From the NCBI GenBank assembly GCA_938005315.1, contig CALLOB010000020.1, positions 275 through 64,274 of the forward strand: DNA of 64,000 nt, given 5' to 3'. Below are positions 45,481 through 55,953 of this stretch, piece by piece. Position 1 is the stretch's first letter. The number at the start of each line of letters is the position of its first letter. Source of the DNA: an uncultured Phycisphaerae bacterium (GTDB taxonomy: Bacteria > Planctomycetota > Phycisphaerae > UBA1845 > PWPN01). The notes under the pieces are model-generated. The model searched no databases, was not told the origin of the DNA, and worked only from the letters and a program-made list of their open reading frames with translations. The translations under genes were made by a program, and so were the position numbers.

Positions 45481-47523
45481 ATGAGAACCGCATGTCTGGC
45501 GTGTCTGGTGCTGCTCGGCTGCCGGGTACCGCCTGCGGGTGCCGACATCCCTTCAAGAACCGACGACGTGCGTTGGCAAAGCCTGCCGCATACCGACTTT
45601 GACTTTCAGCCCAGGCCGCCGGCGAGTCTCGAGGCCTGGCAGGTCCGGGCGCAGGCCTTGCGGACGCAGGTGCGTTTCGCGGCCGGTCTGATTCCCGAAC
45701 CTGCGCGTGCGCCGCTGAACGCCAGGATCTTCGGCCGGCTGGAGCGGCCGGGCTACACCGTGGAGAAGGTGTTCTTCGAGAGCCGCCCCGGGTTGTACGT
45801 CACCGGCAATCTCTATCGGCCCGCGGGACCGGCCGGGCGGCACCCGGCGGTGGCCTGTCCGCACGGTCACTGGCCGCGGGGCCGGCTGAATCATGACGAG
45901 CGAGGCTCGGTGCCGGCGCGCTGCATCGCCCTGGCGCGACTGGGGGCGGTGGTCTTCTCCTGGGACATGATCGGGTACAACGACAGTGGCCGGCAGTTCG
46001 ACCACCGCGACGAGATCTTCCTCGAACCGGCGCTGGCCCTGTGGGGCATCGGCCCGCTGGCCGTGCAGACGGTCAACAGCATCGCGGCCCTGGACTTCCT
46101 GCAATCCCTTCCGGACGTCGATCCCGGGCGGATCGGCGCCACCGGCGGCTCCGGCGGGGGCACGCAGACGTTCATTCTCGCGGCGGTGGACGATCGTCTT
46201 CAGGTGGCGGCGCCGGTGAACATGATCTCGCACACCATGCAGGGCGGCTGCATCTGCGAGAACGCCCCGCTGCTGCGGATCGACACGCAGAACATGGAGA
46301 TCGGGGCCCTTTTCGCCCCCCGGCCCCTGCTGCTGGTCAGCGCCACCGGCGACTGGACGAAGGACACGCCGCAGGTGGAGTTTCCCTTCATCCGCGGCAT
46401 CTACGGCCTGTCCGGGGCGGCCGACCGCGTGGCCAACGTGCACATCGACGCCGAACACAACTACAACCGCGCCAGCCGCGAGGCCATGCTGCGTTTCTTC
46501 GCCCGGCACCTGTTGAACCGCCCCGACGCCGACTCGGTCACCGAGGGCGACATCCGGGTGGAGGCCGACGAGGACCTGCTGGTCTTCGCGGACATGGAAC
46601 CGCCGGCGGACATGCCCGGCCTGCCGGCGCTGATCGAGCGCTTCAAGGAAGAGGACCGCCGGCGCATCGCGGACCTGGTCCGGGCCGGGCCCGAGGGACT
46701 GGGCCGGCTCGTGTCGCTGGCCCGGTTGGGCGTGTCCCAGGCTGCGGGGTCGGAATTCCCGAAGACCGGCGACATCCGGCGCAACGCTCCTGCCGCCGAT
46801 ACCGCAGCGGTCGAGACCCGCAGGGAGGAACTGCTCACGCGCGACGGGCGGCAGGTTCCGCTGGTGCGTCTGTGCAGCTCCCTCTCCCCGGTCAGGAACC
46901 GGGTGTTCATCCTCGTGCACCCCGACGGCCTGGCCTTTGCCGACGCGGGGCGGGAGGCGATCCGGCCGCTGCTGGTTCGCGGTCGGCACGTGGCGGTGGT
47001 CGAGCCTTTCGGTTTAGGCGGCTCCAGGCGGCCGGTGCCGGCGACCAGGCCGCAGTTCTACGACAAGTTCTTCACCACCTTCAACCGCACCGACGCAGCC
47101 GAGGCCGTCTACGACCTGCTGACCGTGCTGGCCGCGGAACTGGCCGCTCCCGGCGTCGAGCGCGTGAGCGTCGCGGCGTTCGGGTCCGCCGGGCCGGTGA
47201 CGCTGGCGGCGCTGGCGCTGCTGCCGGAGAAGCTGCCCGACGGCCGCAGGGTCGAGGCGCTGCTGGACTTCGGCGGTTTCGACGATAGTTCCGATGGGGA
47301 CTACCTGGCCCGGTTCTTCGTGCCGAACGTGCGACGCATCGGCGGGCTGCCGGCCGTCGCGGCCGCGGCGGCGCAGTGCTGCGACCTGCGACTGGTGGGT
47401 ACCGGCGGCCGGACCGATCTTTCCTGCGTCTCGCAGGCCGCCCGACTCGCCGGAAGACATTTCGAGGCGGCCGGTGAGTCGGTCTCCCCCCATCAGCTGC
47501 TCGAGCGGCTGGCCGGAGGCTGA
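45481..47523 (+). CDS. Secreted alpha/beta hydrolase, acetyl-xylan-esterase-like
   Basis: Signal peptide MRTACLACLVLLGC. YTVEKVFFESRPGLYVTGNLYRP...HGH...IGATGGSGGGTQT carries a GxSxG-type nucleophile elbow. Confidence 0.7.
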   Translation: MRTACLACLVLLGCRVPPAGADIPSRTDDVRWQSLPHTDFDFQPRPPASLEAWQVRAQALRTQVRFAAGLIPEPARAPLNARIFGRLERPGYTVEKVFFESRPGLYVTGNLYRPAGPAGRHPAVACPHGHWPRGRLNHDERGSVPARCIALARLGAVVFSWDMIGYNDSGRQFDHRDEIFLEPALALWGIGPLAVQTVNSIAALDFLQSLPDVDPGRIGATGGSGGGTQTFILAAVDDRLQVAAPVNMISHTMQGGCICENAPLLRIDTQNMEIGALFAPRPLLLVSATGDWTKDTPQVEFPFIRGIYGLSGAADRVANVHIDAEHNYNRASREAMLRFFARHLLNRPDADSVTEGDIRVEADEDLLVFADMEPPADMPGLPALIERFKEEDRRRIADLVRAGPEGLGRLVSLARLGVSQAAGSEFPKTGDIRRNAPAADTAAVETRREELLTRDGRQVPLVRLCSSLSPVRNRVFILVHPDGLAFADAGREAIRPLLVRGRHVAVVEPFGLGGSRRPVPATRPQFYDKFFTTFNRTDAAEAVYDLLTVLAAELAAPGVERVSVAAFGSAGPVTLAALALLPEKLPDGRRVEALLDFGGFDDSSDGDYLARFFVPNVRRIGGLPAVAAAAAQCCDLRLVGTGGRTDLSCVSQAARLAGRHFEAAGESVSPHQLLERLAGG

Positions 47524-47548
47524 ATCGCTTGCGCCGGTTTGCGTCACG

Positions 47549-47577
47549 TTGTCGCCCCTGCGTGTCGGGCTTATGAT
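47549..47577 (+). promoter_or_regulatory. Candidate sigma-70 promoter upstream of fmt
   Basis: TTGTCG (47549-47554), 17-nt spacer, TATGAT (47572-47577). It lies about 160 nt upstream of the fmt start. Confidence 0.3.
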
Positions 47578-47735
47578 CGCCCTGCCGCCGCCGATCGGGA
47601 CAGGCCGGGGCACGATGGCGGCGTGCCGGCCTTTGCGGCGCGGCGATGGGGTCCGTGCGACCGCGGTCGCGCGTCGGCCGGGATCGGTAATCGGCCTCGG
47701 CGCTCCGGCAGGCGCCATGCCGGTCGTCCCGAAAG

Positions 47736-48689
47736 GTGGTCATGCGCCTCGTTTACTTCGGATCCGGCGAATTCGCGGTTCCCAGTCTGCGCTGGCTGCA
47801 CAACAGCCCGCATCCGGTGCTGCTGGTGGTGACTCAGCCGGACCGGCCGGCCGGCCGGGGCAAGCAGCTTCAGTCCACGCCGGTGGCCGGGCGGGCCGAG
47901 CAGGACGGGTTGGAACTCGTGCGCTGCCCGGACGTCAATGCCCCGGATTTCGTCGAGCGGATACGCGCCCTGGACGCCGACCTCGGCGTCACCGCGGCCT
48001 TCGGGCAGAAACTGCATGAGCCGATCCGCTCGGCCTTCCGTTACGGCTGCATCAACCTTCACGCCTCGCTGCTGCCGAAGTACCGGGGGGCCGCGCCGAT
48101 CGCGCGGGCGATTCTGGCCGGTGAAACGCTGACCGGCGTGAGCGTGTTCCGCATGGTCGATCGCATGGACGCCGGGCCGGTGCTCATCCGGCGGCAAACC
48201 ATGATCGGACCGACGGAGACCTGCGGGAGTCTGCACGACCGGCTCGCCGGTATCGCGTGCGACGCGCTGGGAGCAGCCATGCGGCTGCTGGAGGCCGACC
48301 CTCATGTGCCGGGCGAACCGCAGGACGAGTCGCAGGCCTGCGCGGCCCCCAGGCTTTCCAAGGCCGACGGCCTGCTGCGCTTCGACGAGCCGGCCGAGCA
48401 GCTGGCCCGCCGTTGCCGGGCGATGTGGCCCTGGCCCACGGCCCGGTGCCGCTACGTCCCACGGCACGGCGATCCGGTGGAGGTGGCCTTGGCCGAGGTC
48501 GCGGTCGTTCCCGCCGCGGTGCGCGAGCCTCCGGGAACGTTGACCGAAGCCCTGACGGTGGCCACCGCGGCCGGCACCCTCGAGATCTACGGCATTCAGC
48601 CGGCCGGCCGGCGATGCATGAGCTGGCGCGACTTCGTGAACGGTCGCAACGTCCGGCCCGGCGACCGGTTCGAGTCCCTGGACGGCTGA
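47736..48689 (+). CDS. fmt: Methionyl-tRNA formyltransferase
   Basis: MRLVYFGSGEFAVPSL...VVTQPDRPAGRGKQL...INLHASLLPKYRGAAPI. Start is GTG 47736 or ATG 47742. Confidence 0.92.
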   Translation: MVMRLVYFGSGEFAVPSLRWLHNSPHPVLLVVTQPDRPAGRGKQLQSTPVAGRAEQDGLELVRCPDVNAPDFVERIRALDADLGVTAAFGQKLHEPIRSAFRYGCINLHASLLPKYRGAAPIARAILAGETLTGVSVFRMVDRMDAGPVLIRRQTMIGPTETCGSLHDRLAGIACDALGAAMRLLEADPHVPGEPQDESQACAAPRLSKADGLLRFDEPAEQLARRCRAMWPWPTARCRYVPRHGDPVEVALAEVAVVPAAVREPPGTLTEALTVATAAGTLEIYGIQPAGRRCMSWRDFVNGRNVRPGDRFESLDG

Positions 48690-48699
48690 GTGCCCACGC

Positions 48700-50220
48700 A
48701 TGCAGTTCATCGTCTTCGTCGCATTCGCCGTCGCTCTCAGCCTGCCGCCCGACGGTCCGCCGTGGCCGACGATCTCCGACCCGCGGGCCACGGTGGCGAT
48801 CGTCTTCGGGCAGGTGCTGGCCGCCGGCCTGGTGGCCGCGGTCTTCGGCGCCGTGGTCCGCCGCCGCCTCGAGCGCCAGCCCGCCTGGCTGCCGGGGGCC
48901 CAGCGGCGGCTGGGACAGGCCAACGTGGCCTTGCGCTTCGTGCTGACGGCCGGCCTGGTCGCCGGGGCCTACGGCACCGACTGGAGCCGGTGGGTGCGGT
49001 CGATCGACTGGATCCGCCCGCTGTGGGGGCTGGACGAACTCCTGATCATCAGCCCCTTCTTCGTCGCCCTGATCGTCGCCTGGATCGCGCTCTATCCGGC
49101 CGACCGGGGCGTCCGGCAGGTGTCGCTGGAGCATCGGCTGTGGCTCAGCGAGCCGGCCCGGCCGGTCTGGAGCCTGGGGGCGTATCTGGCCTTCATGCTC
49201 CGCCACCACGTGCTGATCATCGTCGTGCCCATGCTGCCGATCGTGGTGGCCAACGACGCGGTGAGCCACGAGCACTACGGGCGGGCGATCCGCATGGCCG
49301 CCGGCATCCCCTGGGCCGACCAGGCCGTGCTGGTGGCCGTGGCGGGGGTGGTCTTCCTGTTCGCGCCGGTCATGTTGAGATATATATGGCACACGCAGCG
49401 TCTGCCGCGCGGGGCGCTGCGCGACCGGCTGGAGGCCATCTGCCGTCATGCCGGGCTGACCTACCGCGACATCCTCATCTGGCGCAGCGACGGCATGGTG
49501 GTCAACGCGGCGGTGATGGGGCTGCTGCGGCCGGTGCGCTATGTGCTGCTGTCCGACGGCCTGCTGGAGTCCATGGAGGATCGGCAGATCGAGGCGGTGT
49601 TCGGCCACGAGGCCGGGCACGTCAAGCATCGCCACATCGAGTTCTATTTGCTGTTCGCAGTGCTGACGATGCTGGTCGTCGGCGGGGTGATGGAGCTGGC
49701 GATCCGCTGGTGGCCGGGGCTGCGGGCCGATCCGCGTGCCGCCCGTGATTACCTGCAGGTCGCGGCCATGGGCATGATCGTGCTGCTGTGGGGCGTGGCC
49801 TTCGGGCCGGTGTCGCGGCGCTTCGAGTGGCAGGCCGACCTCTTCGGGGCCCGCTCGGTCACCCCCGAGCCTTCCGGCTGCGACCGGCCCTGTACGGTCC
49901 ACGGCACCGCCCTTCCGGAAACCGCCGGCACATCCGGGCCGCTCCCGGCCGGGCTGTGCGCCACCGCCGCCGATCTGTTCGCCGAGGCCCTGCACCGCAT
50001 CGCGATCCTCAACGGCATTCCCCCCGAGGCCCGCAGCTGGCGTCACTCCAGCATCGCCAACCGGATCGGCCTGCTGAGGCGATATGCCCGCGACCCCGCG
50101 GCGATGGTCCGGCTCGAGCGGTCCGTGATGGCGATCAAGCTCGTCCTGGCCCTGGGCACTGCGCTGGGGCTGGTCGTCGCCGCGTGGCTCTACTGGCCGC
50201 CGCAGTGGCAATCCCGTTGA
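48700..50220 (+). CDS. Membrane M48-family zinc metalloprotease
   Basis: Multiple TM helices. HEAGHVKHRH contains the HExxH motif. Confidence 0.8.
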   Translation: MQFIVFVAFAVALSLPPDGPPWPTISDPRATVAIVFGQVLAAGLVAAVFGAVVRRRLERQPAWLPGAQRRLGQANVALRFVLTAGLVAGAYGTDWSRWVRSIDWIRPLWGLDELLIISPFFVALIVAWIALYPADRGVRQVSLEHRLWLSEPARPVWSLGAYLAFMLRHHVLIIVVPMLPIVVANDAVSHEHYGRAIRMAAGIPWADQAVLVAVAGVVFLFAPVMLRYIWHTQRLPRGALRDRLEAICRHAGLTYRDILIWRSDGMVVNAAVMGLLRPVRYVLLSDGLLESMEDRQIEAVFGHEAGHVKHRHIEFYLLFAVLTMLVVGGVMELAIRWWPGLRADPRAARDYLQVAAMGMIVLLWGVAFGPVSRRFEWQADLFGARSVTPEPSGCDRPCTVHGTALPETAGTSGPLPAGLCATAADLFAEALHRIAILNGIPPEARSWRHSSIANRIGLLRRYARDPAAMVRLERSVMAIKLVLALGTALGLVVAAWLYWPPQWQSR

Positions 50221-50305
50221 AATCAGCCGGTCATTGCCGATCGTTGCCCCCTGTCAGCTGCACACGGCACCGCGGGCCGGCCGGTACAGCGCTTCGCGGG
50301 TCGGT

Positions 50306-52843
50306 TCAGTTTGACGGGCGGCGCCGGGCCAACGTGCCCGGGCCGACGCCCGCGGGATAGAGTTTCGTCAGCCGACGCAACACGTCGGCGGCGGGCCGAA
50401 GACCGGCGAACAGGTCGGCGTACAGTCCCAGCACCTCGCAGACCTCGGCCGCCGTCTCGTCGAAAAGCTCCACACGCATCCACGCCGGCCGAAGAACACC
50501 AATCCGGTCCCAGCGGGCCGCGGCTGACTGCACGGTGACGTCGAAGACCGTGGTCCGGCCCGCCGGATCGACGCGCAAGGCCTGCTCCCGCCCGCGGTAA
50601 TCCCGCAGGCGGGCCTGCCCGCCGATGCACGGCCGGCCGCACGCGTCGCAGCCGGCACCGCCATCAACGGCGGCCGACACCGGGCAATACGACGTGTGAA
50701 ACAGCGGCACCCGGGCATGAACGATCAGCTCCAGCTCCACGCCGGGGCACGCGGCCGCCAGGCGGGCCAGTTGCGAGGCGTCGGCGTCGTAGCCCGGCGT
50801 CACCCGCGCGAAGCCCGCCTCGCGCAGGACATCGGCGCTCAGCTCGTTGACCGCGTTCAGCGTGTGGTCGGCCACCTGCGTCAGCCCCGGTGCCCGGCGG
50901 CGCAACAGCACCCCGGCCGCGAGGCTGCGCACCAGCAGGGCATCGGGCCCGGCGTCGGCCAGCGCTTCCACCCATCCTTCCTCGCCGGGCATGAGCACCT
51001 GCGTGGTCGCCAGCGACACCGCCCGCCCGTTCGCGCGGACCGCCGCCACCACCTGCGACGGCTCGCCGCAGCCGGCCTCGACGTGCACCATCGCCGGCGG
51101 GTCTGCGGCACCACGGCACCACTCCAGCACCGCGGCGAGCTGTCCGGCGGACCGGACCAGCACCGACCATCGCGGCGGGGCGACGACCGGATCGGCCCGG
51201 GACAGCGCGGCCCGGGCTTCCGACAGAGCCTCCGGCCGCTCGACCTCGCGGCGGGCGGCGGCCTCGCGAGCCTCGAGGAGCCTGACGATCGCCTCCCGCC
51301 TCATCCGGTTCAGCAGGCTCTTGGGCACCATGACGTCCACGCAGTCGGCCGGGCCGTCCGACCCGCATAATGTCACCGTCCCAAGCTCATAGGGCGTGCC
51401 GCCCAGTCGCCCGAGCTGCTCGCCCAGCAGAGCCGGCGTCAGCCCGTGACGCGCCGCCGGCGGCATCGGGTCTTCGGACGACACCTCGACCTCGTGCCCG
51501 GCCTGGTCGTGAAAACGGATCCGCAGCGGCCGTCCGGCACCGGCCCGGATCTCCACGTGCAGTTTTTCGCGGCGCACCGCCCCACGCCGACGACCGCTGC
51601 GCTCCAGCGATCGCCGCAACGTCGGATCGTCGGTCTTCCACACGCGGCATCCGCGCGGCACGGAAGGAATGTCGACATCGCCCCACCCCAGACCCACGGC
51701 CACCCGCGGCGCCCGGCCGGGCAGCGCCTGCACGTCGTAGACCCGCCCACCCTGCTCGGGAGCGTCGGGCCGGCCGGTGTCGAAGACGATGCCGTCGCCG
51801 GGCTTGAGCCTGTCGGACAGGTCCGCAGCCGTAAGCCTGATGATCACCCGCCGCGGCGATGTGCCCTCCACATGCCCCAGCAGCAATCCCCGGCTGCGCG
51901 GGAAACGCCCGTCCACCAGCCCGGCGCGGTCGCCGCCGAGAAATCCGCTGGTGAACCCGCGAGAGAAGCTCAGCGTCAGGCGTTCCCGCGCCCGTGGATC
52001 GAGTCCGGCCCGTTCGCCGCGGGCGATGCGGTCGATCAGATCGCGGTAAGTCCGCGTCGCCGCGGCCACATATGCGGCGCTCTTGAGCCGGCCTTCGATC
52101 TTGAGCGCCGCGACACCGATGTCGATGAGGCGCGGCAGCAGCTCGGCGGCCGAGAGATCCCGCGGGCTCATCAGGTAACCGCGGTCGCCGGTGTCAGCCC
52201 GCCGGCCGCCGAGACTCAGCCCCCAGGGCAGGCGGCAGACCTGGGCACACTCCCCGCGGTTGGCGCTGCGACCCCACCACGCCTGGCTGGCCAGGCACTG
52301 CCCGCTGAAGGAAATGCACAGGGCCCCGTGGACGAAAACCTCCAGTTCAATGCTGGTTTGGCGGACGATGTCCGCCACCTGCCGCCACGACAGCTCCCGG
52401 GCCAGGATCACGCGCCGGACTCCCAGCGAGGCCAGCAGGCCGATGCCGGCCGGGTGGGTCTGCGTGGTCTGGGTCGAGGCATGTATCGGCAGCGTCGGGC
52501 ACATCGCCCGCGCCAGCCGCAACAGGCCGAGGTCCTGCACGATGATCGCGTCCACGCCGGCCTCGGCCGCGGCTGCGACGTACCCGGCGGCCCGGTCCAG
52601 CTCGCCCGGAAAGATCAGCGTGTTCAAGGTCAGGTAAGCCCTGACATTGTGGTCATGTATGCGGCGCACCAGCGACGGCAACTCGCCCAGGCGGAAATTC
52701 GTCGCGCGCCGGCGGGCGTTGAAGTCCTCCAGCCCGAAATAGACCGCGTCGGCCCCGTTAGCGATGGCGGCGCGCAGGGCCTCCTCGTTCCCGGCCGGGA
52801 CCAGGAGTTCCGGCAGGCAGGGCTGGACGGCACCGGAGGGCAT
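50306..52843 (-). CDS. Double-module U32-family protein (peptidase U32 / UbiU-UbiV-like)
   Basis: N-terminal module LLVPAGNEEALRAAIANGADAVYFG with the Cys cluster C..F.GQC...ECAQVC. A second U32-like module near the C-terminus carries YCPVS...GCDACGRPC. Confidence 0.85.
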   Translation of the reverse strand: MPSGAVQPCLPELLVPAGNEEALRAAIANGADAVYFGLEDFNARRRATNFRLGELPSLVRRIHDHNVRAYLTLNTLIFPGELDRAAGYVAAAAEAGVDAIIVQDLGLLRLARAMCPTLPIHASTQTTQTHPAGIGLLASLGVRRVILARELSWRQVADIVRQTSIELEVFVHGALCISFSGQCLASQAWWGRSANRGECAQVCRLPWGLSLGGRRADTGDRGYLMSPRDLSAAELLPRLIDIGVAALKIEGRLKSAAYVAAATRTYRDLIDRIARGERAGLDPRARERLTLSFSRGFTSGFLGGDRAGLVDGRFPRSRGLLLGHVEGTSPRRVIIRLTAADLSDRLKPGDGIVFDTGRPDAPEQGGRVYDVQALPGRAPRVAVGLGWGDVDIPSVPRGCRVWKTDDPTLRRSLERSGRRRGAVRREKLHVEIRAGAGRPLRIRFHDQAGHEVEVSSEDPMPPAARHGLTPALLGEQLGRLGGTPYELGTVTLCGSDGPADCVDVMVPKSLLNRMRREAIVRLLEAREAAARREVERPEALSEARAALSRADPVVAPPRWSVLVRSAGQLAAVLEWCRGAADPPAMVHVEAGCGEPSQVVAAVRANGRAVSLATTQVLMPGEEGWVEALADAGPDALLVRSLAAGVLLRRRAPGLTQVADHTLNAVNELSADVLREAGFARVTPGYDADASQLARLAAACPGVELELIVHARVPLFHTSYCPVSAAVDGGAGCDACGRPCIGGQARLRDYRGREQALRVDPAGRTTVFDVTVQSAAARWDRIGVLRPAWMRVELFDETAAEVCEVLGLYADLFAGLRPAADVLRRLTKLYPAGVGPGTLARRRPSN

Positions 52844-53024
52844 CCCGGCATTTTACCGCCGCCGGCGCCCAAGGCAGGGTGACCGGCGGCGGGTCGTCCG
52901 GGAGGTCCGAAAAAGTGGCCGGGCGACGGAAAAGGAGGGCAAGAAAGGCCGCCGGATTGCCGATTTCGATGCTTGGCGGGACCGCTGCGCCCGCACGGTC
53001 GGCGGTTGCTGACGAGGGCTGCTC

Positions 53025-54839
53025 GTGGCCGAAGGCGACATCCATCCGGTGATTTCAATACTGGCAGGGCGGTTTCCCGCGCTGGTCCAGCAGCTGTGTT
53101 CCTGGCGATCCGGGCAGGAAGCGCCGATCCGGGCGGACATCGTCCACGCCCGGCCGCTGTCGTTCACCCAGGGGCGCTGCGTTTACGTTTTCAACCAGCA
53201 GGACGGCCGGGCGGTCCGCCGGCGGCTTCTGGAGCTGGACGAGGACCAGCGAATGGTCCAGGTGTTTCCGGACTTTCCCCACCTGCTGGCCTTCATCGGC
53301 GCGCCGGAGGCGGCCGGATGCGTGCCGGACCCGCGGTGGTGTCCGTGGGTCCTGCAGGACCAGGCCCCGCACATCGACCAGTGCTGCTTCAACACCACGC
53401 CGTCGGACTGGCCCTGGCCGCTGTGGAAGGGCGACAGGCTTCCGGAAGGCCCCGCGCACGAGCCGGCCCAGCGGCTGGGGCGGCGGCTCGGCGACTTGCT
53501 GAACCACATGGCCGACGGACTGGTGCAGCGACTGCAGGCCGCCTACGCCCATCGCGAAAGCCCCGCGGAGGTCCTCCGCCGCGGCAAAAGACCGTTGCGG
53601 CTGCTGATTCCGGCGTGCCGTACCACCGCTTATCAGAAATACTGTGCCCGCGACGTGGCCGAGGGTTTGCGGGCCTGCGGCGTCGATGCTCACGCGCTGA
53701 TCCTGGAGAACACGCCGGCGATCAACTTCGAGGTGCTGCAGGCCGTCGAGCACCTGGATGCCGACGTGCTGCTGCTCAACGGCTGGCCGCGGCGCCTGCT
53801 GAAGGGCTTTCCCGAGAACCTCTGCGTGGTGCTGTGGGATCAGGACTACGTCCTGTCGCCCAGTCCGGCCTGGGCCGAGGGGATGGGTCCACACGACCGG
53901 CTGCTGGTCATGCTGCGCGAATGGGTGCAAGACGCCGCATCCGCGCCCGGCCAGTCCCGCCGCGTGTTCCACCTGAACATCGGGTCCAACGGCCGGCTGT
54001 ACCACCCGCCGGAGCGTCCGATGCCCTGCGAACACGAGGTGCTGTTCGTCGGGAACATTCATCGGTGGGAGGACTACAAGCCGCTGATCAACTTCGGACA
54101 GTGGCCGGCCCCCCTGCAGGCGGTGCTTGAGGACGCCCGGGTGCGGCTCATCGAGTGGGTCGCGTCGGCCGGCGAGGATCAGCGGTTCGTCATGCCGGAT
54201 CCGCGGGCCTTTCTGGACGCGTCGTTCGATGCCTGCCGCCTGTCCTGGCCCGAGAATCCGACCGACGTCCGGGCGCTGGTGCGCTATTTCCAGTACCGCG
54301 TGGCGCATTACGTCCTGCGCGAGGCTTACGTCTCGGCCCTGGCCGGGTTCCGGCTGGGGCTGTTCGGCAAGGGCTGGGAGCACGTCCCGGCGGTGGCTCA
54401 CCTGTGCCGCGGACCGGTGGTCAACGGCCCGGAGCTGCTGGAGGCCATCCACCGCAGTGCCGTCAACCTGCACCTGCACACCTGGACGGTGCACCATCCG
54501 CGACTGTACGACACCGCGGCCGCCGGCGGCTTCCTGCTGGTCGGGCGGGTGGACGAGGCCCTGCCCCTGGAGCAGGTCTTCGAGCCCGGCCGCGAACTGG
54601 ACACCTTCGCGTCGATTCCCGAACTCAAACGCAAGGTCCGCTACTGGCTGGACCATCCCGAGCAGCGCGCCGCGGTGGCGGCCGCGGCCGCGGCCCGGGC
54701 CGCCCGGGATCACGACATGGCCTCGCGGATGGCCGAGCTGGTGTCGATTCTCCGGTCCCCGGGTACGGATGCCGCCGCCCGACCGATCCCGGCCGATGGA
54801 GCAGAACATGGCCGTCTTGCTGTCGCTGCCGCAGGCTGA
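53025..54839 (+). CDS. CgeB-like / DUF3880-type glycosyltransferase-family protein with unknown N-terminal half
   Basis: The C-terminal half (FVGNIH...LGLFGKGW...NLHLHT...RLYDTAAAGGFLLV...L..FAS..EL..KV.YWL.HP..R) resembles CgeB/GT1-like spore-maturation family proteins. Confidence 0.6.
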   Translation: MAEGDIHPVISILAGRFPALVQQLCSWRSGQEAPIRADIVHARPLSFTQGRCVYVFNQQDGRAVRRRLLELDEDQRMVQVFPDFPHLLAFIGAPEAAGCVPDPRWCPWVLQDQAPHIDQCCFNTTPSDWPWPLWKGDRLPEGPAHEPAQRLGRRLGDLLNHMADGLVQRLQAAYAHRESPAEVLRRGKRPLRLLIPACRTTAYQKYCARDVAEGLRACGVDAHALILENTPAINFEVLQAVEHLDADVLLLNGWPRRLLKGFPENLCVVLWDQDYVLSPSPAWAEGMGPHDRLLVMLREWVQDAASAPGQSRRVFHLNIGSNGRLYHPPERPMPCEHEVLFVGNIHRWEDYKPLINFGQWPAPLQAVLEDARVRLIEWVASAGEDQRFVMPDPRAFLDASFDACRLSWPENPTDVRALVRYFQYRVAHYVLREAYVSALAGFRLGLFGKGWEHVPAVAHLCRGPVVNGPELLEAIHRSAVNLHLHTWTVHHPRLYDTAAAGGFLLVGRVDEALPLEQVFEPGRELDTFASIPELKRKVRYWLDHPEQRAAVAAAAAARAARDHDMASRMAELVSILRSPGTDAAARPIPADGAEHGRLAVAAAG

Positions 54840-55953
54840 ATGCGCCCCCACGATCGCGGTTCCGCCTCCCGCGGACCTCGCCGATGATCCGCGCCTCGGG
54901 CGGGGCGACCCCTTCAGTCCGCACAAGATCCTCAACCATTTCGAACGTCTGCGGGCACTGGTCGCCGGCGAGCTGGCGTATCCGGTGACGGTGGAAATCG
55001 ACCCGAGCAATCGCTGCAATCACCGCTGCGCCTGGTGCGTCAGCGCCGCCGCTCACACCGGCGAGGAGCTCGACACCGGGCGTTTTCGGGCCCTGCTGGC
55101 CGAGCTTTGCCGGCTGGACGTGCGTTCCGTGGTCATCAAGGGAGGCGGGGAGCCGACCGTCCACCGCGGCATCAACGACATGCTCGCGGCCTGCGTCGAG
55201 CACGGCCTGCCGGTGGGCCTGATCACCAACGGCTCGATGCCACATGCCGGAACGCGCGAGGCGGTGCTGGCCTGCGCCGAGTGGGTGCGGGTCAGCCTGG
55301 ACGCCGCCTGTGCCGCGACGCACCGGCAGATCCACGGTACCGCCGACTTCCGGCGCATCATCGACAACGTGGGCTTTCTGGCGGCCCATGCGCGGCGCAC
55401 GCTGGTGGGGCTCAACTTCGCCGCCGAGCCCCGCAACTGCCGCGAGATCACCGCTTTCACGCAAATGGCCCGCGACCTAGGCGTCGCGTATGTCAGCATC
55501 CGCTGCGTGTTCGACCGCTCGTCGCTGATCCCGCCGGAGATCCGCCAGGAGATGCGCCGTCAGGCGGCCGCGGCCAGAGAGCTCGAGACCGAGCGCTTCC
55601 GGGTGCTGCTGGGCAACTTCACCGACCGCTACCTCGACGCCGACTGGACCGACCCGTTTCCGTACCGCCGCTGCCTGGGACCCAACTTGGTGGGCGTCGT
55701 CGGGGCCGACGGCGAGGTCTACGCCTGCTGCTTCCTTCGCGGCCGGCGGGACTTCAGCTTCGGGAACCTCGCCGGGGCCTCCTTCGAGGAGGTCTGGGGC
55801 GGCCCGCGCCGCCGGGAGGTCATGGAGCGGGTCTACCGCGGAGAATGCGGGCATGCCTGCATCGGCGGCATGACCGCCAGCCGATACAACGTGTACAACG
55901 AGATCCTCAATTACCTGGAGCTGGAGCCCAAACAGCACGCGGAGTTCATCTGA
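54796..55953 (+). CDS. Radical SAM protein with Cys-rich C-terminal (SPASM-like) region
   Basis: CNHRCAWC is the CxxxCxxC motif. GGGEPT is the SAM-binding glycine motif. The C-terminal part has YACCF...CGHACIGG. Start is ATG 54796 or 54808, overlapping the end of the upstream gene. Confidence 0.85.
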   Translation: MEQNMAVLLSLPQAECAPTIAVPPPADLADDPRLGRGDPFSPHKILNHFERLRALVAGELAYPVTVEIDPSNRCNHRCAWCVSAAAHTGEELDTGRFRALLAELCRLDVRSVVIKGGGEPTVHRGINDMLAACVEHGLPVGLITNGSMPHAGTREAVLACAEWVRVSLDAACAATHRQIHGTADFRRIIDNVGFLAAHARRTLVGLNFAAEPRNCREITAFTQMARDLGVAYVSIRCVFDRSSLIPPEIRQEMRRQAAAARELETERFRVLLGNFTDRYLDADWTDPFPYRRCLGPNLVGVVGADGEVYACCFLRGRRDFSFGNLAGASFEEVWGGPRRREVMERVYRGECGHACIGGMTASRYNVYNEILNYLELEPKQHAEFI

